DNA from: Cetorhinus maximus
Taxonomy: Eukaryota
DNA length: 64,000 nt
Assembly: GCF_964194155.1 (NCBI RefSeq)
Contig: NC_135901.1
Location: forward strand, 21,390,001-21,454,000
Reading direction: 5' to 3'
Part shown: in pieces, positions 35,880 through 49,683 of the stretch
Layout: every line of letters starts with the position of its first letter
How positions within the stretch are numbered: the stretch's first letter is position 1
Notes under the pieces: generated by a model
What the model was told of the DNA's origin: nothing
The model's database searches: none
The model's input: the letters and a program-made list of their open reading frames with translations, nothing else
Made by a program: the position numbers and the translations under genes

Positions 35880-38570
35880 CACAGAATCACACAGTGCAGA
35901 AGAGGCCCTTCGGCCCATCGAGTCTGCACTGACACGTGAGAAACACCTGATCTACCTACCTAATCCCATTTTACAGCACTTGGCCCATAGCCTTGAATGT
36001 TATGACATGCCAAGCGTTCATCCAGGTACTTTTTAAAGGATGTGAGGCAACCTGCCTCATCACCCTCCCAAGCAGTGCATTCCAGACTGTCACCACCCTC
36101 TGGGTAAAAACGTTTTTCCTCACATCCCCCCTAAACCTCCTGCCCCTCTCCTTGAACTTATGCCCCCTTGTCACTGACCCTTCAATTAAGGCGAACAGCT
36201 GCTCCCTATCCACCCTGTCCATGCCCCTCATTATCTTGTACACCTCGATCAGGTCGCCCCTCAATCTTCTCTGCTCCAACAAAAACAACCTAAGTCTATC
36301 CAACCTCTCTTCATAACTTAAATGTTTCATCCCAGGCAACATCCTGGTGAATCTCCTCTGCACCCCCTCCAGTGCAATCATATCCTTCTTATAATGTGGC
36401 GACCAGAAATGCACATAGTACTCCAGCTATGGCCTCACCAAGGTTCTATACAACTCCAACATGACCTCCCTACTTTTGTAATCTATGCCGCGATTGATAA
36501 AGGCAAGTGTTCCATATGCCTTTTTCACCACCCCAATAACATGCCCCTCTGCCTTCAGAGATCTATGGACACACACGCCTAGGTCCCTTTGTTCCTCAGA
36601 ATTTCCTAGTGTCATGCCATTCATTGAATACTTCCTTGTCAAATTACTCCTTCCAAAGTGTATCACCTCACACTTTTCAGGGTTAAATTCCATCTGCCAC
36701 TTGTCTGCCCATTTGACCATCCTGTCTATATCTTCCTGTAGCCCAAGATACTCAACCTCACTGTGAACTACCTGGCCAATCTTTGTCATCCGCAAACTTA
36801 CTTATCCTACCCACCCCCACCCCGCCCCACATAGTCATCTATGTCGTTTTATATGAATGACAAACAATAGGGGACCGAGCACAGATCCCTGTGGTACGCC
36901 TCTGGACACTGGCTTCCAGTCACTAAAGCATCCTTCTGTCATTACCCTCTGCCTCCTACAACTAAGCCAATTTTGAATCCACCTTATCAAGTTACACTGT
37001 ATCCCATGTGCATTTGCCTTCTTTATAAGTCTCCCATGTAGGACCTTGTCAAAGGCTTTCCTGTATTCCATATAAATTACATCAACTGCACTACCCTCAT
37101 CAACACACCTGGTCACCTCCTCAAAAAAGTCAATCAAATTTGCTAGGCATGACCTCCCTCTGACAAAGCCATGCTGACTATCCCCAATCAAACCTTGCAT
37201 CTCCAAGTGGAGATAGATACTCTCCTTCAGAACTTTCTCCAATAGTTTCCCTACCACTGACATGAGACTTACTGGCCTGTAGTTCCCTGGCTTATCTCTA
37301 CAACCCTTCTTAAATAGTGGAACCACATTAGCTGTTCTCCAGTCCTCTGGCACCTCCCCCGTGGCCAGAGAGGAATTAAAAATTCGGGTCAGTGCCCCTG
37401 CAATCTCCTCCCTTGCCTCCCTCAGCAGTCTAGCACACAAATCATCTGGACCTGGAGATTTGTCCACTTTTAAGCCTGCCAACACCTCCAGTACCTTGTC
37501 ACTCCCTTTCTCAAGTTGCTCAAGAACCTCGCAGTCTCTCTCCTCGAGTTCGATACCTTCATCCTCATTCTCTTGGGTGAAGACGGATGTGAAACATTCA
37601 TTCAACACTCTCGTGATGTTCTCTGGCTCCACCCATAGATTTCCCCCTTGGTCCCTTTTGGGCCCTACTTTTTCCCTGGTTATCCTCTTCCCATTGATAT
37701 ACTAATAGAATATCTTGGGATTTTCCCTACTTTTACCAGCCAGAGCTTTCTCATATCCCCTCTTTGCTCTCCTAATTGCTTTCTTAAGCTCCACCCTGCA
37801 TTTTCTGTACTCCACTCATGCCTCTGCTGATTTGCTTCCCTTGTACCTGCTAAAAGCCTCCCTTTTCCTTCTCGTCGTAACCTGAATATCTCTGGTCATC
37901 CATGGTTCTCTGGGCTTGTTACTCCTTCCTATCACCTTAGAGGGAAAATGTTGAGCCTGTACCCTCCCCATTTCCTTTTTGAACACACCCCACTGCTCCT
38001 CTGTAGATTTCCCCACAAGTAACTGTTCCCAGTCTACCTTGGTCAGATCCTGCCTTATTTTACGAAAATCCACTCTCACCCATCCAAAACAATTTTTTGC
38101 AACTTGTCGATTTCTTTGTCCATAACAAACTTAAACTGTACCATGTTGTGTTCGCTATCGCTAAAATGCTCGCCCACCACCACCTCAGCCACCTGTCCGT
38201 CTTCATTCCCCAGAATTAGGTCCAGCACTGTGCTGTCCCTTGTTGGACCCTCTACATATTGACCTAAAAAGTTCTCCTGTACACATTTCAAAAAATCCAC
38301 TCCATCCAAGCCCTTAACACTATGTCTATCCCAATTAATGTTGGGAAAGTTGAAATCACCTAATATGTTTACCCTATTGTTATTGTTTTTACACACCTCC
38401 ACAAATTGTGCATATTTGCTCCTCAATTTCCCGCTGACTATCTGGGGATCTGTAATAAACACCTAAAAATGTGGCTGCCCCTTTTTTATTCCTAAGCTCT
38501 ACCCACAAAGCTCCATTCGATGCCCCCTCCAAGATATCATCTCTCCTTACTGCAGTAACTGACTCCTTAA
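35880..38570 (-). mobile_element. Young CR1 LINE, 5'-truncated ORF2 (endonuclease to 3' tail)
   Basis: ORFs 38076-38462 (GDFNFP), 36835-37632 ([12 protein letters not shown]), 35971-36414; (attctgtg)n-type tail. Confidence 0.93.
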
Positions 38571-39724
38571 CATATCCCCCCTGTTGATCTTACCGATAAT
38601 CTTAAATCTGTGTCTGTGATACTTTTACCTCTGCCCTCCCCAACACCTATCTGTCATTGTTTAACTTCCTTTGTCTCTAATAATGGGTGTATATTAGCTT
38701 TGTATAGTATTGCACTGTTATTTCTGTCGACTGTGTCTAAATGAGGTTTCCACGGCCACCCATCCCCTGACCGTGTGCTGCTGACTTACCGGCTTTATCT
38801 TCCCACAGTATCTTTCATAATCAGGAATTGTTTTTCCTGCGCTATAGTCCATTCCTCTTCCACTTCTGAGCTTATTTCGAACATCAAATTCTGCACCGTT
38901 TTTATTCCCCGTAATTCATTCTGCACACCCTGAAACGTTAACTCTTTTTCTCTCTCTACAGAAAGTGACTGAGCTGCTGAGAATTTCTAGCATTTCCTCT
39001 TTATTTTTCAGATTTCCAGCAGCTGCAATCCGTTGCTATTATTTTATTGCAGGCGTTGCTCACAAAACCGAATCTGGGAACACAGTCGGACCAGGTCAGA
39101 GACGATTTGTTGCAGGGTGGGCGTTGATGGCTGAAGTCCGTCCTTGGCCTCCAGTGTAGGTCCTGTTTCATTGAGTCATAGAATCATGGAATCGTTACAA
39201 TACAGACGGAGGTCATTTAAGCCTGTCCTGCCAGTGCTGGCTCTTTGCACGAGCAAATCAGCTAGTCCCACTCTCCTACCCTTTCACTAACAAGACCAGC
39301 AGCAGATATTACCCACCCCCAGTTACCTGTGGAGAGAATGATGTTTGACCTTCTTGAACCGCTGCAGTCCGTGTGTTGAAGATGCTCCCACAATGCTGTT
39401 AGGTAAGGAGTCACAGGGTCTTCACCCAGTGATGATGAAGGAACAGCTGTTTATGTCCAAGTCAACAACAATGTGTATTTATATAGCACCTTTCATGTAA
39501 TAGAACATTCCAATGTGTGTTCACAGGAGTGTTATGCAGCAACATTTCACACTAAACCTACATAATGAGATGTTAGGGCAGGTGACCAATAGTTTGGTCA
39601 AACATAGTTTTTAAGGAGTATCTTAAAAGAGGAAAGTGAGGTGGAGAGACAGAGAGGTTCTTGGAGGAAATTCCACAGCTTTTGGCTTTGGCAGTTGAAG
39701 GCTTGACCACCAAAGGTGGAACAA

Positions 39725-40490
39725 TTCACAGAATCATACGGCCCATCGAGTCTGCACCGACACGTGAGAAACACCTGACCTACCTACCTAATCCCATTTC
39801 CCAGCACTTGGCCCATAGCCTTGAATGTTATGACTTGCCAAGTGCTCATCAAGGTACTTTTTAAAGGATGTGAGGCAACCCGCCTCCACCACCCTCCCAG
39901 GCAGCGCATTCCAGACCGTCTGGGTAAACAAGTTTTTCCTCACATCCTCCCTAAACCTCCTGCCCCTCACCTTGAACTTATGTCCCCTCATGACTGACCC
40001 TTCAACCAAGGGGAACGGCTGCTCCCTATCCACCCTGTCCATGCCCCTCATAATCTTGTACACCTCGATCAGATCGCCCCTCAGTCTTCTCTGCTCCAAC
40101 GAAAACAATCCAAGTCTATCCAACCTCTCTTCATAACTTAAATGTTTCATCCCAGGCAACATCCTGGTGAATCTCCTCTGCACCCCCTCCAGTGCAATCA
40201 CATCCTTCCTATAATGTGGTGACCAGAACTGCACACAGTACTCCAGCTGTGGCCTCACCAAGTTGATCTCCCTACTTTTGTAATCTATGCCTCGATTGAT
40301 AAAGGCAAGTGTCCCATATGCCTTTTTCACCACCCCACTAACATGCCCCTCCGCCTTCAGAGATCTATGGACACACACGCCGAGGTCCCTTTGTTCCTCA
40401 GAACTTCCTAGTGTCATGCCGTTCACTGAAAACTTCCTTGTCAAGTTACTCCTTCCAAAGTGTATCACCTCACACTTTTCAGGGTTAAAT
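39725..40490 (-). mobile_element. Young CR1 3' fragment inserted in L2
   Basis: ORF 39788-40468; flanking aatt duplication. Confidence 0.9.
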
Positions 40491-41082
40491 TAAAATCGGG
40501 AATGTTCAGGATGTCAGAATTAGCGAAGTGCAGATATCTCAGAGGGTTGTGAAGCTGGAGGAGATTACAGAGATAGGGAGGGGCCATGGAGAAATAAGGA
40601 TATAAGGATAAGAAATAAGAAAATAAGGATGAGAATTTTGAAACTTAGGTTCTTCTTAATCAGGAGCCTTTGTAGGTCAGCGAGCACTGGGGTGATGGGG
40701 GTACAAGACTTGGTGTCATGTTTACAGGGAGGCTGAATGTGGGAGGACGGCTGGGAGTGTTAAGTCGAGAGGTGACAAAAGAACGGATGAGAGTTTCGGC
40801 AAAAGATGAGCAGGGACTCGGGCAGAGTCGGGCGATGTTACTGAGGTGGGAATGGGCGGTCTTGGTGATGATGTATATATGTGGTTTGAAGCTAATTTTT
40901 GGGTGAAATATGACCCAGTGGTTGTGAACAGATGGTTTGGCCTCAGACAGTTACCCGGGAGAGGGATGGAGTCAGTGGCCGGGAAGTGAAATTTGTAGCG
41001 GGGACTGAAGACAATGGCTTTGGTCTTCCCAATACTTAAATGGAGAAAATTTCTGTTCATCCAGTGCTGGATGTCAGACAAG
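40490..41082 (-). mobile_element. L2 fragment (continues at ~39465-39725)
   Basis: ORF 40722-41081 SDIQHWMNRNFLHLSIGKTKAIVF. Confidence 0.8.
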
Positions 41083-41607
41083 TCAGGACGGTGTGTGACT
41101 TGGAGGAGAACATGGAGGTGATGGTGTTCACATACACCTGCTATCCTGGCCCTTCTAGGTGGTGGAGGTTCAGGGTTTTGGAGCTTCTGTCAAAATTCTG
41201 GTTGAGTTGTAATCCCTCTTTTTCAACCCATGCCTCTCCCACCTGACCCTTCTCTCTCTTGTTATGTTCTCCAATTTAGGCCAGTGTCTTGTGTAGGCCC
41301 AGACTGGGTGGCAGATTCCATTCCCTGAAGAACATTAGTGAACCAGTTGGGTTTTTTGACAATCCAGCAGTTTTCCTGGTCATTTTTTCCTAGTGCTGGC
41401 CCCACAAATTACCAGATTCATTCACCTCAATTTCACAACCTGCCCTTGTGTTTTTGTGGGTTCTCTCTCACTCCCTTTTCTCTGTTTTCAGTCAATTTCA
41501 CAGGGTATTAGGAGGGGAGGATTTGCAGTCAGGAAACTGAAACCAAACATCAGAATCTGACAGAGTTGCCCAGCTTATTGTAACCTGAATATCATTGGAA
41601 TTTGAAC

Positions 41608-42647
41608 ATGGTCGGAGAAAGCACTGTTCACAGTGGAGAGAAACCGTACACGTGTTCTGTGTGTGGACGAGGCTTCAGTCAGTCATCTGGCCTGTCGAAA
41701 CATAAATGCAGTCAGAATGGGGAGAAACCATGGAAATGTGGGGACTGTGGGAAGGGATTTAATTACACATCAGAGCTGGAAAATCATCAGCGAGTTCACA
41801 CTGGGGAGAGGCCGTTCACCTGCTCTGAGTGTGGGAAGTGTGTTAAAAGTTCCCAGGAACTGTCAGCCCATCAACGTGTCCACACTGATGAGAGACCATT
41901 CAGGTGCTGTCACTGTGGGTCTGGGTTCAAGACATTATCTGTTCTCACTGTGCACCAGCGAATTCACACTGGAGAGTGGCCGTTCAGCTGCTCTCTGAGT
42001 GTGGGAAGAGGTTTGTTCACTCATGCCATCTGCTGACACACCAGCGAGTTCACACTGGGGAGAGACCTTTTAAATGTCCAGACTGTGGGAAATGCTTTAA
42101 AAGTTCCGTGGACCTGTTGCTCCATCAACGTGTTCACACTGATGAGAAACCGTTCAGGTGCACTCACTGTGGAACTGGGTTCAGGCACTCATCTCAACTA
42201 ACTGTACACCAGCGCATTCACACTGGGGAGAGACCTTTCACCTGCTCTGACTGTGGGAAGGGGTTCACTCAGAAATCCAACTTGCTGACACACCAGCGCA
42301 TTCACACTGGGGAGAGACCGTTCATCTGCTCTGACTGTTTGAAGGAATTCACTCAGTCATCCACCCTGTTGGCACACCAGCGAGTTCACACTGGGGAGAG
42401 GCCGTTCACCCACTCCGAGTGCGTGAAGGGATTCGCTCAGTCATCTGCCCTGTTGACACAGCAGCGAGTTCACACTGGGGAGAGGCCATTTACCTGCTCC
42501 GACTGTGGGAAGGGATTCACTCAGTCATCCAACCTGCTGACACACCAGCGAGTTCACACTGGGGAGAGACTGTTCACCTGCTCCAAGTGTGGGAAGGGAT
42601 TCACTACCTCATCCAACCTGCTGAGACACCAGCGAGTTCACAAGTAA
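41608..42647 (+). pseudogene. Class 2 C2H2 ZNF (~12 fingers) with a single frameshift
   Basis: ORF 41602-42036 passes into ORF 41904-42647 at a 2-nt (ct) expansion tgctctctgag at ~41990; acceptor at 41503. Confidence 0.82.
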
Positions 42648-43099
42648 CTACAGTGATTGGATTTTTCTGTTATTCACATCCAGGACTGAACTATGTCATT
42701 TGGTCTGTTTCTGCTGATGTTAAACTCCATGCCAATTATAGGGGTTAGTATTCTGGATAAAGTCAAATAAATCAGCCTTATGTTAAACATACAGTGTGTC
42801 GAGTCATTGTAACATCTCTAACACAAGTTAGATCCTTTTGAAGCACTCTCTTTCTCTCCTATCTCCCCTCTTGCCCTCTCAGAGCTCATCCTATCAATGA
42901 GACCTGCCTTCTACTGCCTTGACCCTATTCTCACTAAACTGCTGACCATCCATTTTCTCCATGTTAGCTGATATTGTTAATGGTTCTCTTTCTCTTCTCT
43001 GTCCCACTCACCTTAAAATCCACCACCATCACCCTCCTGAGAAGAAACCAACCTTTACCCCACCATCTTTGCAAACTACCGTCCCATCTCCCAAGGGGA

Positions 43100-45090
43100 G
43101 GGCCCACCATCCGTGATTAACCAAAAAAGTTAAATACAGTATCAAACTTAAAGAAAAAATATGTAATCACACAAAGATGTGTGGCAGGTCAGAAGATTGG
43201 AAAGAATATAAGAACAGCAAAGGACGATTAAAAGATTAATAAGGAGGGAAAAATTAGAGTAAGAGAGAAAGCTAGCTAGTAATATAAAGACGGATAGTAA
43301 GAGTTTCTGTAGATATTTAAAAAGGAAAAGAGTGACTGTTAGTCCTATAGAAAGTGCTTCTGGGGAATTGATAATGGAAAGTAGGGAGATGACGGATGAA
43401 TTAAACAGGTATTTTGTTTCAATCTTCAGTATAGAGGGCAAGAGTAACATCCCGGAAATAGTTGTAAATCAGGAAATGGAAGGGAGGGAGGAACTCAGGA
43501 AAATTACAATCGCCAGGGAAATGGTATTAAGCAAATTGTTGGGGCTGCGGGCTGAGAAATGCCCAGGTCTGGATGGACTTCACCCTTGAAAGAAGTGGCT
43601 AGTGAGATCGTTGGTTTTAATTTTCCAAACTTCCCTAGATTCAGGGAGGTTCCATTGGATTGGAAAATAGCAAATGGTATTCAAAAAGGGAGGGAGACAG
43701 AAAGCAGGAAACTACAGGCCAGTTGGTGTATTATCTGTCATAAGGAAAACATCAAAAGCTATTAATAAAGATATTATAGCAGGGCACTTAGAAAAATTCA
43801 AGGCAATCAGGCAGAGTCAGCATGATTTTGTAAAAGGGAGATCATGTTTAACCAATTTATTGGAGTTCGTTGAATGGGCCACATCTGCTGTCGATAAAGG
43901 GGAACTGCTGGATGTACTGTATTTAGATTTCCGGATGGCATTTGATAAAGTGCTACATCAAAGGTTATTGCAGAAAATAAAAGCTGATGGTGTAGAGGGT
44001 AACATATTGGCAAGGATAGAAGATTGGCTAGCCAACAGGAAGCAGAGAGTTGGCATAAATGGGTCTTTTTCTGTTTGACAGGAGGTGATGAGTGGTGTGC
44101 CACAGGGATCAGTGCTGGGGCCTCAACTTTTTACAATTTATGTAAATGACTTGGATGAAGGAATGGTGGCTAAATTTGCTGACGACAAATATAGGTAGGA
44201 AAGTGAATTGTGAAGAATTTGTAAGGAGACTACATGACATAGATAGGTTAAGTGAGTGGGCAAAGATCTGGCAAATGGAATATAATGTCAGCAAATGTGA
44301 AATTGTTCATTTTGGCAGGAAGAATAAAACAAGCTTAGCTAAATGGTGAGAGATTGCAGAGCTCCGAGATTCAGAGGGAACTGGGTGTCTTAGTGCATGA
44401 ACCACAAAAGGCTAATATGCAGGTACAGCAGGCAATTAGGAAAGCTAATAGAATGTTATTATTTATTGTGAGGGGAATTAAGTACAAAAATAAGGAGGTT
44501 ATGCTTCAGTTGTACACAGCATTAGTAAGACCACATCTGGAATATTATGTACAGTTCTGGTCTCCTTATTTAAAGAAAGATGTAAATGCATTAGAAGCAG
44601 TTCAAAGAAGCTTTACTAGACAAATACCCGGAATGGGTGGGTTGTCTAATGAGGAAAGGTTGAACAGGTTAGACTTGTACCCACTGGAATTTAGAAGAGT
44701 AAGAGGCGACTTAATTGAAATCTTTAAGATCCTGAGGGATCTTGACAGGGTGGATGTGGGGAGGATATTTCCTCTTGTGGGAGAATCTAGAACGAGGGGT
44801 CACTGTTTAAAAATAAGGGGTTGCTCATTTAAGACAGAGATGGGGAGAATTTTTTTCTCAGAGGGTGGTGAGTCTTTGGAACCCTTCCTCAAAAGGTGGT
44901 GGAAGCAGAGTCTTTGAATATTTTTAAGGCAGAGCTAGATAGATTCTTGATAAATAAGGGGGTGAAAGGTTACTGGGAGTAGGTGGGCATGTGGGGTTGA
45001 GGTTACATTCAAATCAGCCATAATCGTATTGAGTGGCGGAGCAGGCTTGAGGGGCTGAGTGGCCTACTCCTGCTCCTAATTCATATGTAG
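43100..45090 (+). mobile_element. Degenerate CR1 LINE ORF2
   Basis: ORFs 43674-44078 (RSCLTNL..DFRMAFD) and 44354-44917. Confidence 0.9.
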
Positions 45091-45299
45091 GACCTGGATA
45101 TGATCAGCATTTAAGTGTAAGCATTAAGTTCCAGGTTATTACTACTCGTTGCAAAAAATTTCTTCCTCACATCCTCCCTGTAGATCTTGTGGAAAATTTG
45201 AAATCTGTGTCCCACAATCCTTTTACAGTCAATATAATGGGAACAGCTTTACTTACCTAAATCTATTATAAACTTGTACACCTCTATCAAATCTCCCTT

Positions 45300-45793
45300 T
45301 CACAGAATCACAGTGCAGAAGAGGCCCTTCGGCCCATTGAGTCTGCACCGACACGTGAGAAACACCTGACCTACCTACCTAATCCCATTTACCAGCACTT
45401 GGCCCATAGCCTTGAATGTTATGACGTGCCAAGTGCTCGCCCAGGTACTTTTTAAAGGATGTGAGGCAACCCGCCTCCACCACCCTCCCAAGCAGTGCAT
45501 TCCAGACCGTCACCACCCTCTGGGTAAACAAGTTTTTCCTCACATCCCCCACTAAACCTCCTGCCCCTCACCTTGAACTTATGACCCCTTGTGACTGACC
45601 CTTCAACTGAGGGGAACAGCTGCTCCCTATCCACCCTGTCCATGCCCCTCATAATCTTGTACACCTTGATCAAGTCGCCCCTCAGTCTTCTCTGCTCCAA
45701 CAAAAACGACCCAAGTCTATCCAACCTCTCTTCATAACTTAAATGTTTCATCCCAGGCAACATCCTGGTGAATCTCCTCTGCACCCCCTCCAG
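45300..45793 (-). mobile_element. Young CR1 3' fragment
   Basis: ORF 45452-45784; same tail as 35880. Confidence 0.9.
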
Positions 45794-45949
45794 TGCTTTG
45801 TTTCAAGGAGAGCAACCTCAGTTTTACCAGCCTAACAATGTGATTATAAACCATCATCCCAGAACCATTCTGGTAAATCTCCTCTGCACCCTCTCAAGGA
45901 CCCTCACATCCTTCATAATATATGGTGATCACCAGTTTGCACAGACCCA

Positions 45950-46140
45950 GATGTTCTGTGTTCGTGTCTGTGATGTCATCACACATCAACAATTACACGG
46001 TGACATCACCCCGCTCCCCGGGTATTTCCTCAACTGGGAGAATTTTTCTCTGACTCCAGTACTTTTGATATCTTTTCAGCTGCAGGCTCCAGCAGGAGAT
46101 TTTAACATTGAAAAGAGTAAAATTGTTTCAGAGGTGAGTA
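45950..46140 (+). promoter_or_regulatory. Putative 5' exon region for the 48.6 kb ZNF (acceptor ~46079, donor gag|gtgagt ~46134)
   Basis: CRE-like tgatgtca and tgacatca; exon conserved in the inverted copy at 11430-11495. Confidence 0.45.
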
Positions 46141-47267
46141 TTTTGACTGTTCATCTGCAATTTAGATCTTTTAGTGCTCTGCTCTGTTGTCTGTATGAGG
46201 TTCCATGGCTCTGGGGCTGGTGTGGCTCCTTTGCTGTGGATCTGAATCCATGTCCATCCATTGTTCCGTTTCATCTCTGCCTAATCTCCCTGATCACCTC
46301 TCTGCCATGGTCTAACTTCCTCTGTCTCCAATAATGGGTATGTTTTAGACATGTTTAGCGGGGAATTGTTTTTCCTGCATTATAGTCCATTTCTCTTCTG
46401 CTTCTGAGCTTATATTTTCCATCAAGCTCTGCACCATTTTTATTCCCTGTAATTCATTCTGTACACACTGAAATGTTAACTCCGTTTGTTTCTCCACAGT
46501 TACTGCCTGATCTGCTGAGTATTTCCAGTATTTGCTCTTTTTGTTTCAGATTTCCAGCAGCTGCAGTATTTTGCTATTATTTTGTTGCAGACGTCGCTCA
46601 CAGAACTGAGTCTAGAATCACCAACAGACTAACTTGAAGCTGGTTTATTGCAGGCGAGGCATTGTTTGTAGAAGTTAGTTCCCTGGCCTCCAGTATAGCT
46701 CCTTTTTCATCGAGTCATTGAATCACTGATTAGTTACAATACAGACAGAGGTCATTCAGCCCATCCTGCCTATGCTGGATCTCTGCAAGAGCCAATCAGC
46801 TAATCCCATCCCCTTCCCTTTCACGAACAAGACCAGCAGCAGATATTATCCATCCCCAGTTACCTGTGGAGAAGATGATGTTTGACCTTTTTGAACCGCT
46901 GCAGTCCATCTGGTGTAGATGCTCTCACAATGATGTTAAATAAGGAGTTACAGGATTTTCACCATGTAATGATGAAATGTTCAAAATCAACAACATCAAT
47001 TTGTATTTGTAAAACACCTTTCATGTATTCGACCTTTCCAAAGTGTTGCAGAGGAGTTTTATGAATCAGGAGCCTTGTAGGTCAGTGAGCACAGGGGTGA
47101 AGGGTAAACAAGACTTGGTCTGAGTAAGTACACGGGCAGCAGAGCTTTGGCTGACCTCACAATCACAGGGAGGTTGAATGTGGGAGGCAGCAGATGAGCT
47201 GAGACTGGGGTGGAGTTAGGCAATGTTACTGAGGAGGAAGCATACAGTAATAGTGATTATGCAGATA

Positions 47268-47838
47268 TAGAACCATAGAAAAGTTACAGCACAGAAGGAG
47301 GCCATTCAGCCCATCTTGTCTATGCCAGCCCAAGGACATCCAGGTGCCCTTTCTAATCCTACCTTCCTGCACCCGGCCCATAGCAATTTAGGTGCAGATA
47401 CAGGTACTTTTTAAAAGAGTTTAAAGCTTCTGCCTCTACCACCAACTTGGACAGCGAATTCCAGACACCCACTACCCTCTGCGTAAAAAGTTCTTCCTCA
47501 TCTCCCCCCTACACTTTCTGCCACTTATCTTGAATCTATGTCCCCTGGTTCTAGACTTCTCCACCATGGGAAACAATTTTATCCTGTCCACTCCATCTAT
47601 TCCCCTCATAATTTTGTACACCTCAATCAAGTCACCTCTAAGCCTTCTTTGTTCTAAGGAAAATGACCCCAACCTATCCAATCCCTCCTCGTAGCTACAC
47701 TTTTCTAACCCTGGCAACATTCTTGTAAACCTCCTCTGCACTCTCTCCAGAGCTATTACGTCCTTCCTGTAATGTGGTGACCAGAACTGCACACAATACT
47801 CCAGTTGTGGCCTCACCAGTGTTTTATACAATTCCATA
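47268..47838 (-). mobile_element. CR1 3' fragment (ttctatggttctat tail) inserted in L2
   Basis: ORF 47472-47900; same family as 55093-55836. Confidence 0.88.
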
Positions 47839-48576
47839 CATGGTTGGAAGCTCAGTTTGGGATGAAATATTTCTCCATTGTTGTGAATAGTCTGGTTCAT
47901 CCTCAGTCAGTTTTTGGCAAGAGGGATGGAGTTGATGGTTAGGAAGTGGAATTTGTAGTGGGGACTGAAGACAATGGGTTTGGTCTTCCCAATATTTAAA
48001 TGGAGGAAATTTCTGTTGATCCAGTCCTGAATGTCAGAGAAGTCAGGACGGTGTGTGACTTGGAGGGGAAACTTGGAGATGGTGGTGTTCACATACACCT
48101 GCTCTCCTTGCCCCTCTAGGTGATGAAGGTTGAGGGTTTGGGAGGTTCTGTGAAAGTTCTGGTTGATTTGTAGATATGTAAAATCCCTCTTCTTCACCCC
48201 TTGCCTCTCCCACCCCACAGCTTCTCTCTCTTGCTCTCTTCTCCCATCGAGGCTGGAGTCTTGTGTTGACTAGTTTGGGCGGCAGGTTCCCTTCTCTGAA
48301 GGACATTAATGAACCAGTTGGGTTTTTATGACAATCCAGCAGTTTTCAAGGTCACTTTTTCCTCGTGGCAGCCCCACAAGTTACCAGATTCACAATCTGC
48401 CTTTATGTTTTTGTGGGTTCTGTCTCATATTCTGTTTTAAATCAATTTCACAGGGCATTAAAGGGGAGGATTTGCAGTCGGGAAGCTGAGGCCAAACATC
48501 ACATCAAAATCTGACAGAGTCGCCGAATTTATCATAACCTGAATACCATCGGATTTTGAACATAAAAGGAGAAAGC

Positions 48577-49683
48577 ATGATTCACAGTGGGGAGAAACCG
48601 TACATGTGTTCTGTGTGTAGAAGAGGCTTCAGCCAATCATCTGGCCTGTCAGAACATAAATGCAGTCACAACAGGGATAAACTGTGGAAATGCAGGGACT
48701 GTGGGAAGGGATTTAATTACCCATCAGAGCTGGAAAGTCATCAGCGAGTTCACACTGGGGAGAGGCCATTCACCTGCTCTGAGTGTGGGAAGGGATTCAC
48801 TTGTTCATCCCACCTGCTGCAACATCGACAAGTTCACACTGACGAGAGACCTTTCAAATGTCCAGACTGCAGGAAGTGCTTTAAAAGTTCCTGGAAACTG
48901 ACTGGCCATCAACGTGTTCACACTGACGAGAGACCGTTCAGGTGCTCTCACTGTGGGACTGGGTTCAAGACATTATCTGACCTCACCGTACACCAGCGAA
49001 TTCACACTGGGGAGAAACCATTCATCTGCTCTGAGTGTGGGAAGAGATTCACTCAGTCATCCCACCTGCTGGCACACCAGCGAGTTCACACTGACGAGAG
49101 ACCTTTTAAATGCCCAGACTGTGGGAAGTGCTATAAAAGTTCCTGGGATCTGATGTTTCATCAACGTGTTCACACTGACGAGAGACCGTTCAGGTGCTCT
49201 CACTGTGGGACTGGGTTCAGGCGATCAACTGATCTGATTGTCCACCAGCGAATTCACACTGGTGAGAGACCATTCACATGCTCTGAGTGTGGGAAGAGAT
49301 TCACTCGGTCATCCACTCTGCTGGAACACCAGCGAGTTCACACTGGGGAGAGGCTGTTTCCCTGCTCCGACTGTGGGAAGGAATTCACTTGTTCATCCAA
49401 CCTGCTGACACACAAGCGCACTCACACTGGGGAGAGGCCATTCACCTGTGCTGAATGTGGGAAGGGGTTCAGTCAGACATCCACCCTGCTGACACACCAG
49501 CGAATTCACACTGGGGAGAGGCCATTCACCTGTTCCGAGTGTGGAAAGGGATTCATTCAGTCATCCACCCTGCTGATACACCAGCGAACTCACACTGGGG
49601 AGAGGCCGTTCACCTGTTCTGAGTGTGGGAAAGGATTCACACAGTCATCCAACCTTCTGGTACACCAGCGAATTCACAAGTAA
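48577..49683 (+). CDS. Class 2 C2H2 zinc-finger protein, 13 fingers, intact
   Basis: Open ORF; first ATG at 48577 (the paralogous ATG is ATA at 48562); acceptor at 48453; AATAAA at ~49760 and ~49808. Confidence 0.9.
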   Translation: MIHSGEKPYMCSVCRRGFSQSSGLSEHKCSHNRDKLWKCRDCGKGFNYPSELESHQRVHTGERPFTCSECGKGFTCSSHLLQHRQVHTDERPFKCPDCRKCFKSSWKLTGHQRVHTDERPFRCSHCGTGFKTLSDLTVHQRIHTGEKPFICSECGKRFTQSSHLLAHQRVHTDERPFKCPDCGKCYKSSWDLMFHQRVHTDERPFRCSHCGTGFRRSTDLIVHQRIHTGERPFTCSECGKRFTRSSTLLEHQRVHTGERLFPCSDCGKEFTCSSNLLTHKRTHTGERPFTCAECGKGFSQTSTLLTHQRIHTGERPFTCSECGKGFIQSSTLLIHQRTHTGERPFTCSECGKGFTQSSNLLVHQRIHK

